Shown here: positions 10,226 through 23,443 of the stretch, piece after piece
Layout of the letters: every line of letters starts with the position of its first letter
Position numbering within the stretch: the stretch's first letter is position 1
Source of the DNA: Camelus dromedarius
Lineage: Eukaryota
DNA length: 64,000 nucleotides
NCBI RefSeq assembly: GCF_036321535.1
Contig: NC_087438.1
Coordinates: 3,412,001-3,476,000 of the forward strand
Direction of reading: 5' to 3'
Translations under genes and position numbers: made by a program
The notes under the pieces: model-generated
Told to the model about the DNA's origin: nothing
The model's database searches: none
Seen by the model: only the letters and a program-made list of their open reading frames with translations

Positions 10226-13200
10226 ACTAAACGTTCACCCGTATTCACCCTCAATCTCAGGAAGGAATGTGACTGATGTCAAGGGGTGGCTTTGTGGTGG
10301 TTCGAGCTGGTGTGCTGGGCAGGGTCAGGCCAGGTCCCCAGGGCTGACTGTTACCTTATAGGAACTCTGTGAGCTGGTTCCTTGGAAACTAAACTATGTA
10401 AACTCACAGTGAAATAAATATATTGAACGTGAAATGAATGTAAACATTTTCCTTATTCATTGCATAGTGTTTCCTACCTTGTCATAAATAAATTTCTTAT
10501 ATATAATTGGAAAAAAAAAACCAAAATTAAAACACTGAGAACTCATCACCTTACAGCTCTGTGAGTTCTTGGTTTTCTGCCTTCTTGAGGTTCCTTGCCT
10601 GCACTGTGTCTGCATGGTGGAAATTCTTTATAAGGACGTGCTGTCATACAAGCCTTGAAACTCCGTCTTCAGTGACGTCCCGTTGGCAATCCACAGCAGC
10701 TACGGGGGGAGTTTGTATCCCAGGGAAATTGGCAGATGCTTTAAACTAGGCTATTCCTCCCCCACCCTGCCACCCCCACAACTGGTCATCAAACATGTGT
10801 TGGCACAACACTGGGTTTCTCTAAAAGAGGTTTAAAAGTTGCTATTTTGAAAAAAAAAAAATAGAAATATGCCCCCCCACTATAAAGGATGAAGATTGTA
10901 TGTCCTCCAAAATAAAGGTCATAAGAATATAGCTTTAAGTCACCTGGGAACAATTCAATTTTTTAATCGTAATAATCTTTTTCTGTGCAGTGAATTGGCT
11001 CATTAGCCAATGTTTGGAACAGTCCACATGCTTTGTCTTGATTCCGTGGACTCTTTTGGGATGGAAACAGGCTAGTGGGGAAGTGCAGACACTCCCCAGA
11101 GCCCGCGCGGCAGGGCAAAATGTGTTAACGTGACTGCAGCACGCCAGCTGTTCCCGTCAGTCCAGAGAGCCAGGGGTGAGGAAGGCGGTGGGAAAGTGCA
11201 CACTGGATAGGCAAGCGCTTTTCCCTTTTTTTAGGAGTGGTCCAGACAGACTGTGATCACATACTTACACTGGCCCTTTAATTCCTAATTTGTACCCCCC
11301 TATTTTTTTTTATTATTGCATGCAATTTAACCAGATTTGTTTTACTTTTTTCGTTTTCCGAAGTGACATATGGAACAACCCTGATGCACTTTGTCGTATC
11401 AGACACAGTGTCCCGCTTTGACATGTACTTCAAAGACTGGTTGTTGCGTCTGCCAGCCAGAACCTCCTGCCTGTCTAGTCTGCATGGGGTCCAGCTCACC
11501 TGCTACCTGTGTGAGGCGCCAGGCCCCTGGGCCCAGGAGTGATCCTGGGGGGGTCAGAGATCAAAGCTCTTGACCTAAGAAGCAGGTTGAACAGGCCACC
11601 ACTGAGGCCTTGGTTATTCTGCCGCCTCATGGGGTTGGGTGCCGGGCCCCTGACTCTCACCTCGCCATGGGCTTCCGCACAGGGGGCTCTGGGCAGTGCC
11701 TCACATCCATGGCCCCCCTGCCTCTCCCAAACCCAGACACACGCCTGCTATGGCCATCCACAGGTTGCCACCTGCTCTGTTCCAGCGTAACCCCTCAGTC
11801 ACCTGCCAGGACTGCACGGGGATACGCAGGCAAGTATATATATCAAGAGTTTGGGTTGCAAAGAAAAATGTCTTATTCCAGAAAAAATAATTACCCGAGT
11901 CCTGTGACTCATGATCAAATGTCATTCTGTAGGATCTTGTTTTGTTTTGTCTCATGACTCCAAGAAGCAGGACCAACTCATGCTGAAGGCCCAGTTATTA
12001 AGTGTCTAACAGAGCAGTCTCTTGAGAGCATAAATTGATAATAAAGGAAGAATATATATGCTTTCTTAGGATATTAGAACCAGGATGAGAGTATTTGAAT
12101 TGGGTCTTGTTGTCCATATAACAAGAAGCTGTGTTTTGTCTTTGAAGACTGTCCACCTCAGTGTAGGGCTAGCCTTCTGATGCTGGGGCCCAGCGTGCGT
12201 TTCAAAGGCATCTCAGCGGGAGCTTGGAGGAGACCCGACGTCTTGCTTGCCTGTTACTTTCTGGCATTTAGACACAGTGCAACCCAGGAAGCAGGCCCCT
12301 GTCCAGACATGCGCAGGCCCGTCGCTAGGGTGCAGATGGAGACACATACCAGATATTGTTTACATATATGAAAGGCGCAAACCAAGCTAACAGATTGTCA
12401 ACTAAAATATTCCAGAGCCTCAGCTTTGACAAGTCTACCTGCACATGGCCTCAGAGTCCAGTCCCAGTTTAGAACATGGCGGTGTGGGACACTCTGATCC
12501 CGGCGTGAAGTCCTCCCCTACGTCTCTGGTCCACATTTGGTCCCACCCACCCAGGAAACACCTCTCCCTGACCTCTGAGTGGGGGAGATGATGTATTGAT
12601 GGTGACAGTGAAAGGAAAATTCCTGGCCGTAGCAATGAAAGCTAAATGACTCTAGAAAGGAGGAAGCCTCTTTGGAGAAGACAGCGGCGCTGCTCTGAGA
12701 AAGGCAGAGGGGACCCCTGCCCAGATGCCACAGACGTTCCCCCCATACTTTGAGCAGAGAGGAGAGTGACTCACAGACACACAGCACAGAGCCCGGCCTG
12801 TGTGTGTGTGCAGCCCGGCAGAACGTATGGGTGCTCTGCCAGCTCCTTGGGGTTTCCCTTCCTTTGACGTTTTACAAATAAACCATTTATCTGAGCACAT
12901 TTTAGCCCAGTATAATTTACATTAGAGCGGGGAGAAGAGTGGTGTATGTCTTTGGATGGCCCTGAAGTGTGAAATACGGTCAAGTGCCCAGAACGCAGGC
13001 CGCTCGGAGGGCCAGCGGTGGTTTCCACTGGGAGCAAATCCACATCCAAGCATCTCCCAACATGAACATTTCTTTGGGTTGAGTTCCGTGGAAGTTTGTT
13101 ACTTACGTGTGTTCCAAAACTATGAAACTATGAGACTGTGAAACTATGAACCATGAGTATCAGGGCTAAGGGATAGTTCCTCTTGATAAATAAACAATTA

Positions 13201-13747
13201 ACAAATTTTTAAAAAGACTAGACTATGTGCATTCTGCCTTTTCTCCTGTAGTTCTGTGATTCATAATTAGGTATTTTGAAATTAAGCACCAAAGAATGGC
13301 CATCATATTTGTCTTTTTAACTGTTTTCTGCAAAAATCATCAGTATTTTTAAGCTATAAATTCTTAGCAGTGGAATGAAGGTATTGATAAAAGGCAATAG
13401 GATGAAAGGAATGTTTAGAACTATAAAAATAAGTCCTTATTATAATTACTCTAAAGTAATTACTCTATAATCCGAAAAGTCCACCCTTAGCTTCAGTTGG
13501 CCTGCAATCTGTTTTTCCTTAGATGTGTCGGAGCACTTGCTGGATCGGTGGTAACACATTGTAGGGACAAGCGTGACCTCCTGAAAGGCCCTGCGGAGAT
13601 CGTCCCTTCCAGCTCTGATTTTACGCATTCCACAGTTTCCTTTTCTGCAGGGTGAAAATACCATCAGGCCATAAATTGTATTTGAAAACTTCCTGATCCT
13701 TTCCAGAATTCTGAAATCACTCAGCGCATCCCCTCTCTCGCTTTCAG

Positions 13748-14073
13748 AGTATGACCTGGTGTCTCCCTACGAGGTTGACCCCGATGGCAACTACGTGTCC
13801 CACGAGATCACGCACCCGCAGAGGAGGAAACGGGCGTTGGCGCAGCGCGGGGTGGACGCTCTGCACCTTCGGCTGAAAGGCTTCCGGCGCGACTTCCACA
13901 TGGATCTGACGACTTCCGGCAAGCTGGTGGCCCCAGGATTCCTCGTGCAGACCCTGGGAAAGGGGGGCACCAAGTCGGTGCGGACTTTCCCGCCCGAGGA
14001 CTTCTGCTTCTACCAGGGTTCCCTGCGATCCCACGAAAGCTCCGCGGTGGCTCTTTCAACCTGCAAAGGCTTG
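13748..14073 (+). CDS. ADAMTS16: ADAMTS16 coding exon 3 (prodomain; EYDLVSPYEVD...QRRKR...FCFYQGSLRSHESSAVALSTCKGL)
   Basis: Acceptor ctttcag|AG; donor TTG|gtgagt; 326 nt; typical ADAMTS propeptide motifs (LHLRL, FHMDL, CFYQG, VALSTC). Confidence 0.95.
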
Positions 14074-17000
14074 GTGAGTACAGCTCTCGCCGCCTGTCGT
14101 GAGACAGTGGGGACAGTGACGTGCGAGAAGGGACAAGTGGCAAGGTTTCTGTTGTGTGTTAGCTCATTCTTCCATTGTTCACAGATTCTTATGATCTGTC
14201 AAAGTGGGAGGAGAATTGTCAAGTAATAGTTTCTAAAATCCATTGGGCTGCTTCCTTTCCCTGTTTGGAAACACCGCGCACCCCCTGCCTTTTGAGGTTG
14301 TTCTGGAAGAACCGTGGGAGGGCGCTGCAGCTGGAAGACTGCGCAGGACTCCCGGCCAAGTCTGAAGGCTCCGGCTTCTCGGGATGGGTTTGCTCTGACG
14401 GGCTCTGACTCGCTGGTCACTCTTGCTGGCCGCTTAATCCCGCTAGGGCAGCCCCTTCAATCTGAATAGAACGGTGGTGTTCAGCGACTGGCCGTGTAGA
14501 CTGTTTGGTCCAATGCTTGAAAGCCCTTTGTGTCTGCCAGTCTGATGGTGATAAGGTGTTTGCAAAGGAGAATGTTCATTCCGAACACAGTGTTGGATCC
14601 AGGGCAGGGCGGTGCTAGGCTGATGATTCCACTGGTGCTTCCCTCGTTTTCTCAGTATCTGCGTTAGACAGTAAACATCCTCATGCTTCAGGTGGTCCCC
14701 TTCGCTGGGACCCTAGGGCGAGGAGCGTCGGGCCAAGCGGAGAAGGTACAGTCCCTCAGGCTGACTCACGCTGAAATATGAATGGCTTATCTTTTACTTT
14801 TCTTAAACTATTTCCATAATTTTAGGGGGGAAAAGTTTAGTAGGTGCTTAGGTTCTCGGACACATACTAATCAGTCAGACACAGATAAGGGAGACATGAC
14901 AGAAGTCGCCAAGTGAAAACATGTGGTTAAAACATTAAGGTCTGAGCGTGTTAAGTTTGACAGACAGATTTTTTTGAACATTTGTTACATCTCCAGAAAA
15001 TACTCTAAGTCTCTCTTAAATTCCTTTTTCCTCTTTGGAAAGGGGGAGTTCAGACTCTGCGTCTTATGAAGATTTTGCGTGTGCGTATGTGAATGTTGGA
15101 TGCCAAAGGGGCATTCATAACCAATTCCTTAAAATACTGCATGTGTGCAAATGCTGTATCTTTTTTTTTTAAATATTAGCATTCTGCTTTTTAGGGGAAT
15201 TTGGTACGGGCTGGGCTCATATCTACTTTGAATTGTAAAAGGCTTTTGGTTTGAGAATGGCTACGACGGGGAATTGACGAGGATAGGGTGATGGCTACTT
15301 GGCACACTTGTTAACCATGGAGACAGCATGGCTGACGTCTGCCACCCTCTCCCAAGAAAAGTAGATCTGCCTTAAGGGAAGAGCTAGACCTCTTCATGTA
15401 AGGCACTAAAGGCCTCAATCTCTTCCTTGGCTTTCTTCAACAAAGGCTCAGACCAATAATGGAAGCCACCTGTGAGGTAGGGCGGTGTGCCCCGCCTTTC
15501 AGAGCACCCTTGGATTCGTTTGTGGAGGTTGAGTGAGGTGCTTCCCATGAACCCATCTGGGGTGCAGGATCATTGACACCCCCGATCTCTGTGAGCCAAG
15601 GTCCTCCCACGCCTGGAGTCTGTTCTGTGAATAGAGCTGGCCGGCCGCAGCTTGAGATTTCTGGCTGTCTTTGAACTCAATGGGAGTTAACAGCGAAAGC
15701 TGTAAATGACAACTACATAAAAGATAAAGAAGTGAAAAGAACAGGAAAAAAGACTCCCCTGGATAATCGACACTGGAATTCAGTATTTTGGTCCCTGGAT
15801 GTTTTCACCATTCATCTTCCAAGCACATTAATTCCAACTTCGCTGGGATTTTGTCTGCGGAGGGTCACTGCAAAGCCGACCTCAACTAGAATTATGAGTG
15901 TGAGATTCAGGGGCATTTTCCATAGGATAGGACAAATCAAAGGCATTTTAAAGACAAAAAAGGGAGGATTGAGGAGTCCTCTGTCTTTAGCCAGATAATA
16001 AAATTATTGAATGGAAATGCCCCTCAAGTAGCTGCCAAGTCTTGTTATTTCTTTCGTGATTGATGGTTACCCCAGCCGTTCTCCTTCAAACCTATTAACA
16101 CATGAAGAAAAATAGCATATCTTTTACATTAGATGATGGCTCCTTTTTGTTACTATTGTTACTCTTTGTTCTTCTGGGTTCTAATGGAAGTTCTAGATAG
16201 ATCTCGGTCAGGCTTTTCTCAGCTGGGCTTCTAGGTGACTCAGCTCTCTGAGTCAGGGGTCTCCTTGCTTTGCTCTGTCGTCACTCACACGCCTTTGCAG
16301 ACCTAGTGGAGGCCACTTTGAAAACAAGCTCCCTGGTAGTGGAAAATGATCCAAATTCTATTCTTCCTATTTAATCAACAGCATAAGCGTACGACTTTTC
16401 ATTTAAAATGTATTACTGTTTAATTAAGAGTTTAATAGATCGTATTATTCAATTAGAGAAAATGATTTACAAATGTGAGACAAGGCATTTCCCAACTATT
16501 ACATAGCTCTTCCTCCTGGTTCTCAAATTTTGAATTTGGGAAAATGCTGCTCTAGTCCTCGGATAATTGATTTGAGGAACACTGTGAGAGTTCATAGCTA
16601 GTGGTGTGGTTTCATTTTAGTAAATAAATATTGTTAAAGAAGAAAGACAAACCTAAAATTAATGTTTTACTTTGAATCTCACATAAGTGGTGGCCGTGCT
16701 TCAGAACTGTGCCTCGCTGGGGCCTGCCGGAGCCAGGCCCGAGGGGCGCACTATCTGACGGGAGAAGCAGGGACAGAAAGCTTTACTGCACAGTGATGAG
16801 CTAAGGACCTGTATGGGTGCCGGGAGAACAAAGATGCAGACACCTCGCCCCACCCCGTGTTGCTGAGAGACAGCGGCGTCAGGGTGGGTTTCCAGAGGAA
16901 CGATTGTCCAAGCTGAATCCTTACTGTAGAATTGGGATGTGATGCCCATGAATGGCCAGGGAAGACTACTGATGTCCATCAAGGTCACGGAATCCCTGAT

Positions 17001-17354
17001 AACAGCATCTATGAATGTTTAGAGGTCAATGTTTGTATATGAAACCCAAGTATAGTAAACAAAATAAGATCAGTCACCCTGAAAATGACTTTGAAAGTCA
17101 TTCTGGTATTGCCACCAAGTATCTTGACTCAAGATATTTCTCATTTTGCTGCATAAGGTTACTTTAATAAAAAGTGTCTGTTTTACTTATGTCTCTTTCA
17201 AGCTGACATCATGAATCTGTTCTGATTACCAATCACAAGCACATAAATGCCTACACACAGTAGGTGCTTTTCAACACTTGTTAAATAATGAATAAAACTA
17301 CTGGGCTAATTACAGTGTAGTAAACAGTGATGACAATGACAGTAGCAGAAGAAA

Positions 17355-17467
17355 CAGTAATAACTCACTGGAGGTTATTTGCCAAACACTTGCCTAAGGA
17401 TTTCCCATTTTATCCCATTTGTCATCTCACTTAGCTTAATGACAACTTTAAGAGACAGAGACTATTT
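17355..17467 (-). mobile_element. MIR SINE fragment (left piece; continues at 20240-20345 after the L1)
   Basis: tctcacttagcttaatgacaactttaagagacagagactatt joins to cctcattttacagatga...tttgacctaggttgtctgacttcaga at 20250-20330. Confidence 0.55.
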
Positions 17468-20239
17468 TTAAAAAAAAAGCTTTATTGAGATATAATTTAC
17501 ATATCAGAGTTTCACCCCTTGAAAATGTAGAATTCAATGTTCTTTAGTATATTTCCCAACTTGTGCAGATGTCACCACAATCTAATTTGAGACATTTACA
17601 TCACCCCAAAAAGAAGCCCCATACAGTCAGCCCCCATTTCCCTCAAACCCTCATCAGCCCATGGCACCCATTAATCTGCTGTGGCTATAGGTTTGCCGGA
17701 TCCGGCCACTTCTTAGAAATGGAGGCGTGAAATACGTGGTCTTTGACGACTAGCTCCTTTCACTTAGGACCCCGTGTTCAAGGGTCACCCATTTCATAAC
17801 ATGTATAAAGACTTAACCGTTTTCATTGGTGAATAATGATCTTTGTATACACGCGCCCCTTTTTATTTTAATGTCTATCAGTTGATGGACAGTATCGTAT
17901 GTATTTTCTTTGTTTACGTGAATAATGTTGCTAGGAACATTTGTGTATGAGAGTTTGTGTGGACATATGTTTTCATATGTATCTAGAAGCGTAATTTCTG
18001 GATCTTACAGAAACTCTACACTTGATCTTCTGAGGGAGATTCCAAACTGTGTTTCACAGTAGCTGCACCATTTTGCATCTGCCCAGCAATGCATAGGGGT
18101 TCCAGTTGCTCCACAGTCTGGACAACACCTGCTCTTACCATCCTTTCTTCTCACAGACATCCTAGTGGAGATAAAGTGGTGTCTCATGGTGGGTTTGATT
18201 TGCTGGGTAGAGATTATTGATCAACAGGCTTTTTTTTCTGTTGCTTTGTTGTGTTTGTCTTTCAGCACTTTGAATATGTCGGCCTGTTCCCTCCTGGCTT
18301 CCACTCTTTCTGACAAGAAGTCAGCTGTTTATCTCATTGTAGCTCTGTTACACGTAAAGAATTGTTTTTCCTTTTGCTGCTTACAATTTTCCTTTGTCTT
18401 TCAACACCACTACTATGATGTGTACAGGTGTGGGTAGCTTTGAGCTTAGCCTTCTTGGAATTATACGAGCTTCCTGAATGCTCATATTTATGGTTTTCCC
18501 AGTATCTGACCATCATTTCTTCATATATATTTTTGGCTCCTTTTTCTCCTCTTCTTTGGTGCTCCTGTGACTCATACGTTGGTGTGCTTAACGATGGACC
18601 ACAATTATCTGAGGCTCCATTTGTTTTCTTCATTCCTCTTCCTTTGTGCTCTCGGGATCTTGTAACCTTTTTTGATTGCTCCTCAAGTTCACTGTCTCTG
18701 CTAGCAGTTCAGATCCACTATTAAGCTTCTGCATTTTTCATTTTGGGTGCTGTACTTCTCAACTTCAATTTGGCTCTTTTTATACTTTCTTTAGCTCTGT
18801 ATTTTACAAGACGTGGCTATGACGCCTTGCTTTGATTCTTAGGTGTAATTCTTTCTGTTTTTTGAACAGATTTATAATAGTTGCTTTGAAGTCTTTGCTG
18901 AGGTGAATGTCTGGGTCCCCTAGGAGCAGTTTCCATTCCCTCTTTCTTGTCCTGTGTACAGGTCACACTTTTGTTTCTTTGCACGTCTTATAATTTTCTT
19001 TGCTGAAGACTGAGCACTAGAGTTAATACATTTTAGCAGCTCTGGATGCTGATAGCGCTCCACCACTTTCTTGCTTACTGACTGGTTCAGTGAAAAGCCT
19101 GTGCTGGTATCACACCCAGCTGTTAGCCTGCGCTAACTGCTAGCTGATCGCTCATTTTTCTTTTTTCACAGTCCCCTTAGGCATAAACTGCTTCATAGTC
19201 TGATTTGATTACAGAAGAGTTTCGCACAGTTAGGATGCTGCTCATTCTGAGAATCCGCCAACACCAGGGGGAGTCCTCTTGTCTTTTTCCCTGACTCTCT
19301 ATTCTAAACTTCTAGTTGGCATTCTGTTTTGCTCACTGTTATGTGTCCCATGGACCAGCCTTCTTTTAATTGCTTGCAACCAAGCTATCCACTATTTTTG
19401 ACAATGGCCTTGGACATGAACCTTCACACACTCTGTTCCAAATACAATCGGCCCTGTTAAGTGAGCTCCTTGTTCTTACAGCCTGCTTCTCCCCCTGGGC
19501 AAAATGTGTGTGCCACTAAATGGGAGCTGGGGCTGGCAGAATACTTCTCCCCGCAAAGTGACTCCCCTGCTCTGGGGGTGGAGTTCTGGGTGGGGATAGT
19601 AGCTCCTGGTCCTCTCTGTATTTGCTTCCTGGCTTGAAGCCTCTATCTTACAAGCCTCTACGTTACAGAGGTCGGGATGTTCAGGGATTTGTTATTCTCA
19701 GCCTTCTCAGCCTGGAGTAGAGCTTCCACCCTATAAGTAGGGGCTGCTTGCAGAAGGGAAATCACTTCTCATGGCCACGCCCTTCTGGAATAGGGCTTCT
19801 GCAGTATAGAACTGATGGCATAGCGATGTTGGTGTCTTGCTTCTCCTGATGTGAAAATGCAGCTCTACAAGGGGAGCCTGGGGGATGGGGAGCCCTGGCC
19901 TTCTTAGAATGTGCCTGGAATAGAGCTCTGTCACACTGAGTAGGGGGCAAGGTGAGCATATGACTAGACCATGGCTCAAATGCCACCAAACTTCACCGTT
20001 CTTTGAGAGATATACTAAATTTAATTCAATACATGTTTCTCTACTTTTTAGGCCCTTAAGACAATTTCCAGAGACTTTAAATGGTGTGTGTGTGGGGGGG
20101 GTGTTGTGTATGTATATACAATTTTCAGCAAATGGCTGTTTCACTCAAGAGAGGGCCTGCTACAGTCCTTACACGGCCATTCTGGAAGTTGGCCTCTGCT
20201 AGACGCTGCTGTTAACATACTTGCAAATCGCTGCCCAAA
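17468..20239 (-). mobile_element. Old L1M element with 5'UTR, ORF1 remnant and 3' end but most of ORF2 missing; inserted into a MIR
   Basis: L1MB-like 3' end (ctttattgagatataatttacata) at ~17480; ORF1-like peptide GEKGAKNIYEEMM in minus ORF 18334-18633; L1M 5' terminal motif gccattctggaagt near 20180; flanking direct repeat actattt at 17461 and 20240. Confidence 0.75.
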
Positions 20240-21879
20240 ACTATTTCATCGTCCTCATTTTACAGATGATCCCCATGGTAATTCTTGAAAGAGAGAGATT
20301 TTGACCTAGGTTGTCTGACTTCAGAACCAGCACTTTAAATCACAATGTTGTTTTGCTTCCCTTGATCATAAGATCATTGCTGCACTGCAGGGACCGACAG
20401 GATCCTTTACAGGCCTTTCCACCGCATCAGCCTCGAATGCTCCCTACAGTGTAATGATGCTCTCACTGGGTTTCCACCTCATCCACCTTCCTCGGGATCA
20501 AGCCCTCTCTGAACTTACTGATCCCACTCGTAATGTATCAGGGGCTTCCATTAAAATGCATGGATTCATTCCGTAATTATTTACTTACAGGGTTTTTTTT
20601 TTTATACCAGGCTGTAAGTTTTTGAAGAGATATTGTATTAGTCATCTTTGTAGCCCCAAGTTCCTGCTAACACTAACCAAAATTCTTTTTTTTTCTTGCA
20701 ACGAATGATTGTATTTTAAGCTAACAAAAAAATAAAAGTTTAGTTTGTCTTCTCAAACTCTATTTTGAGATATGAATAAATATAAAATTCATTTTATAAG
20801 CCCTTTCATATGATTTCCTTTCATGACTAATGCCAAACATTCTATATTTTCTTTTGAAGTCCCGTTTATTTAGAAATGGTTTAATCAATAAGACTTCTGA
20901 CAGAATATTAAAAAAAAAAAAACCCATTGTCAATACTTCCAAGTGAGATTTCTTTAGAAACATTTTCTGCGCACACAACAGGGTTACATTTTCTTAAAGG
21001 ATTTCATGCAAGTTCTATACTTGGATTAGTTCTTTACCAAAAAAAATGAGTATCAAATCTATCAATTGTCCTTGGCAAAAAGTCTGCGTGAATTTTAGCT
21101 CCTCTCATGTAATTTGTTAAGGAATTAATGCATAGGGTATAGACTACTTCTCCTAAAATCTAATTATTCTCTTGTTTTCAATAGTGCTGGCAAACTTGTA
21201 AGTGTCACAGTTCCCAGTTTGGGTGGAGAACTCCCTGACTAGGTTGGAGACTTACTTGGGGCCCTGGTTTGAATTGATTGGGTTTTATTTCCAGGCACAA
21301 ACTCCAGGGATTCTCTGGAAACTCTAGTCATTGAGAGTTTTTCTAAAGCACCCAATAAATCCTAGGAAACTGAAATCTTGCCAAATTTTCAACCAACTTT
21401 GAAAAATGTTCTTGAACCAGGGAAATAAGACAGGAGTAGAATGGAAGAACCAACACAAGAGATGGTTCGAAAGGCTAATACGAGTTTTAAAAGGAATGTA
21501 TCACTTTCTGAGAAGGCCAGTGATGGCATAGCCAGCTGAAAATATGTCAGTCTTAGGAGGCATGCAGGAAAACTTTAGAGAAAATAAGGTTTGGGGATAA
21601 AGTATGGCCAAAGTTAGCAATTACTAGGAAATGCAAAAGGTGGGTGTGGGGAACTAATGGGAAGTATTGAATTATTACATCGATTTCTGCTGATTACTTA
21701 ACAATAGATGTAGTATAAATCTTTAAGTTGACAAAATTGAATGTATCTCATTATTAGAACTAAATCAAAGTAACATTTTATAAGATGGTATTTTATACTT
21801 GACCACAGATTTTTCTATTAGCTTACCATTAGCTGTAAACAAAAGTAAGATGATTAGAGAAATTTGAGTATAACAGCTA

Positions 21880-22035
21880 TCGTTTTGTCCCATTCCCCTG
21901 ATTTTTCAAGTGATGAACCTGAGAGTCAAAGAAGGTGAAGTGACTTGGCCAATATTACAAAGCCAGGTGGGGCTCAGGTCTAGGCTGTATGTCTTTAGAT
22001 TTTCTGTCCAGAGATATTTTCACTGCAACACGCTG
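21880..22035 (-). mobile_element. MIR SINE
   Basis: gatgaacctgagagtcaaagaaggtgaagtgacttggccaatattaca is the MIR core. Confidence 0.65.
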
Positions 22036-22767
22036 GATATTATTAATTTTCACTATAAGGAGGAGCCAGTTGAAGAGCTTACATGTTGGAACATGTGCTA
22101 AGGATTTTAAAGATAAAGTAGACGTGTCCTCAATCTGGAGATGTGGGCCGGGGAGCAGTGAGGACAGGACAGAGTGGCAGCCTTCCCTCTGGTCAGTGTT
22201 CGGTGCTCCTGGTGTCCTTTTGCTGGGAGGCTCTGCTTCCCCTGTCACCACCCAGGGCAGCCCTTGTGTGGACGCTTTCATGGCCCATATAATGTCTGCT
22301 GTCAGGATCATCAGAATAGAGCTCATCTCCACGATCAGTATGACACATTTTCTTCATGGCCAAGATTAGCCAGCGAACAGCCATATGGATCCCCTTGGAC
22401 AAGCAGATATATGATCCCTGTGGTCATTTCCTCTAGGGAATGGCTCAAGTTTGGGATTTTCCAAAGGACAAGGATGCCTGAAACCTACTTTTTAGAGTGA
22501 TTATTTGAGAGAAAGTCCAGGCAAGAGAGAGTAAAAGAAGAGGCCAGATGAAACCAAGCTCTTTAAAGCATGAAGCTGCCTTGTTTCAAGTTAATCTAGA
22601 CCAGTCTGATTGTATCTGCTTAACACACATAACATCTTTTCCTTTTTAAATGTCACTTCCACCATAAGGACTTCCCTGATTCCTCCCATCTAAAATTGCC
22701 TTCTCTTCCCTCTCCACATGAACTTCCTATCCCCTGCTTTACTTTTCTACACAGTGTTTATCATTAT

Positions 22768-23443
22768 GTGTATCAATCACAGCCTAGTTAGGAAGCAGAA
22801 GCCACACAAGTTAACTGAAAAGAGAGAATTAATACAATGCATTTGGTAGGTATTAAAAACCTGAAAAAAGAAAAAGAAAACCTCAAGGCATCACAGGATA
22901 GCAAGTGTGGGAAGCAGCTCCTGGACCTGGGACTAAGGCACTGAGGGAAGAAGTCAGGATTATTAGAACTCAGATGCTTAGGTGCAGACCCCTGGGGAGG
23001 GGCACCGGCCAGCCGGTGCGAGGACTCGGAGGGGGCCCCTTGCTGCTGGTTTTTTAAGTCACCTGTAAACTGCGATCAGCTGCTGTTACTGGAATTAACT
23101 TCCACGGCCAGGGTGAAGCAAGGAGGACAGGAAAAGAAAGCATACAGGAAGTGCTCAGAGGGCAGACAGGAAGTCCACGTTGGGCAGACAGGAAGTGCAC
23201 AGGATGCAGACAGGAAGCGCACCAAGCGCAGACAGAAAGTCCTCAGTGATGGGCGGTGGGGGCAGACAGCAGACAGGAAAGAATAAGTTCTTCCTCCTGC
23301 TTTGTTCTGTCCAGTCCCTCGTGGTGCCGCCACTGGTAGAAGTGAACAGAGAGTGGCAGCAAAGCAAAATGGGATGTACAGAGTCCCAGACTCGACATCA
23401 CAAAGTTTAAAGGGGCGCTGGGAGCTGAGGACGATTTAACACA
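22768..23443. mobile_element. Old ERV solo LTR (LTR78-like) inserted in an L2 3' end (L2 pieces ~22645-22767 and ~23450-23572)
   Basis: TG...CA ends; tgtatcaatcacagcctagttaggaagcagaagccacac and cagagtcccagactcgacatcacaaag resemble LTR78; both flanks are L2-like. Confidence 0.55.
23140..23249 (+). repeat. 22-bp-period minisatellite, 5 units, core GCAGACAGGAAGT
   Basis: Units start at 23140, 23162, 23184, 23206 and 23228. Confidence 0.85.

Noticed and set aside
10380..10530. AATAAA followed about 20 nt later by an A-run, resembling a retroposed mRNA 3' end
   Set aside because: No TSD and no recognisable parent gene; the context is AT-rich, so chance is likely.
13118..13158. Short (aactatga)n tandem
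   Set aside because: Ordinary slippage repeat with no supporting context.
23140..23249. Repeat-spacer pattern superficially like a CRISPR array
   Set aside because: Mammalian intron, 13-bp repeats and 9-bp spacers are far too short, and there are no cas genes; treated as a minisatellite.
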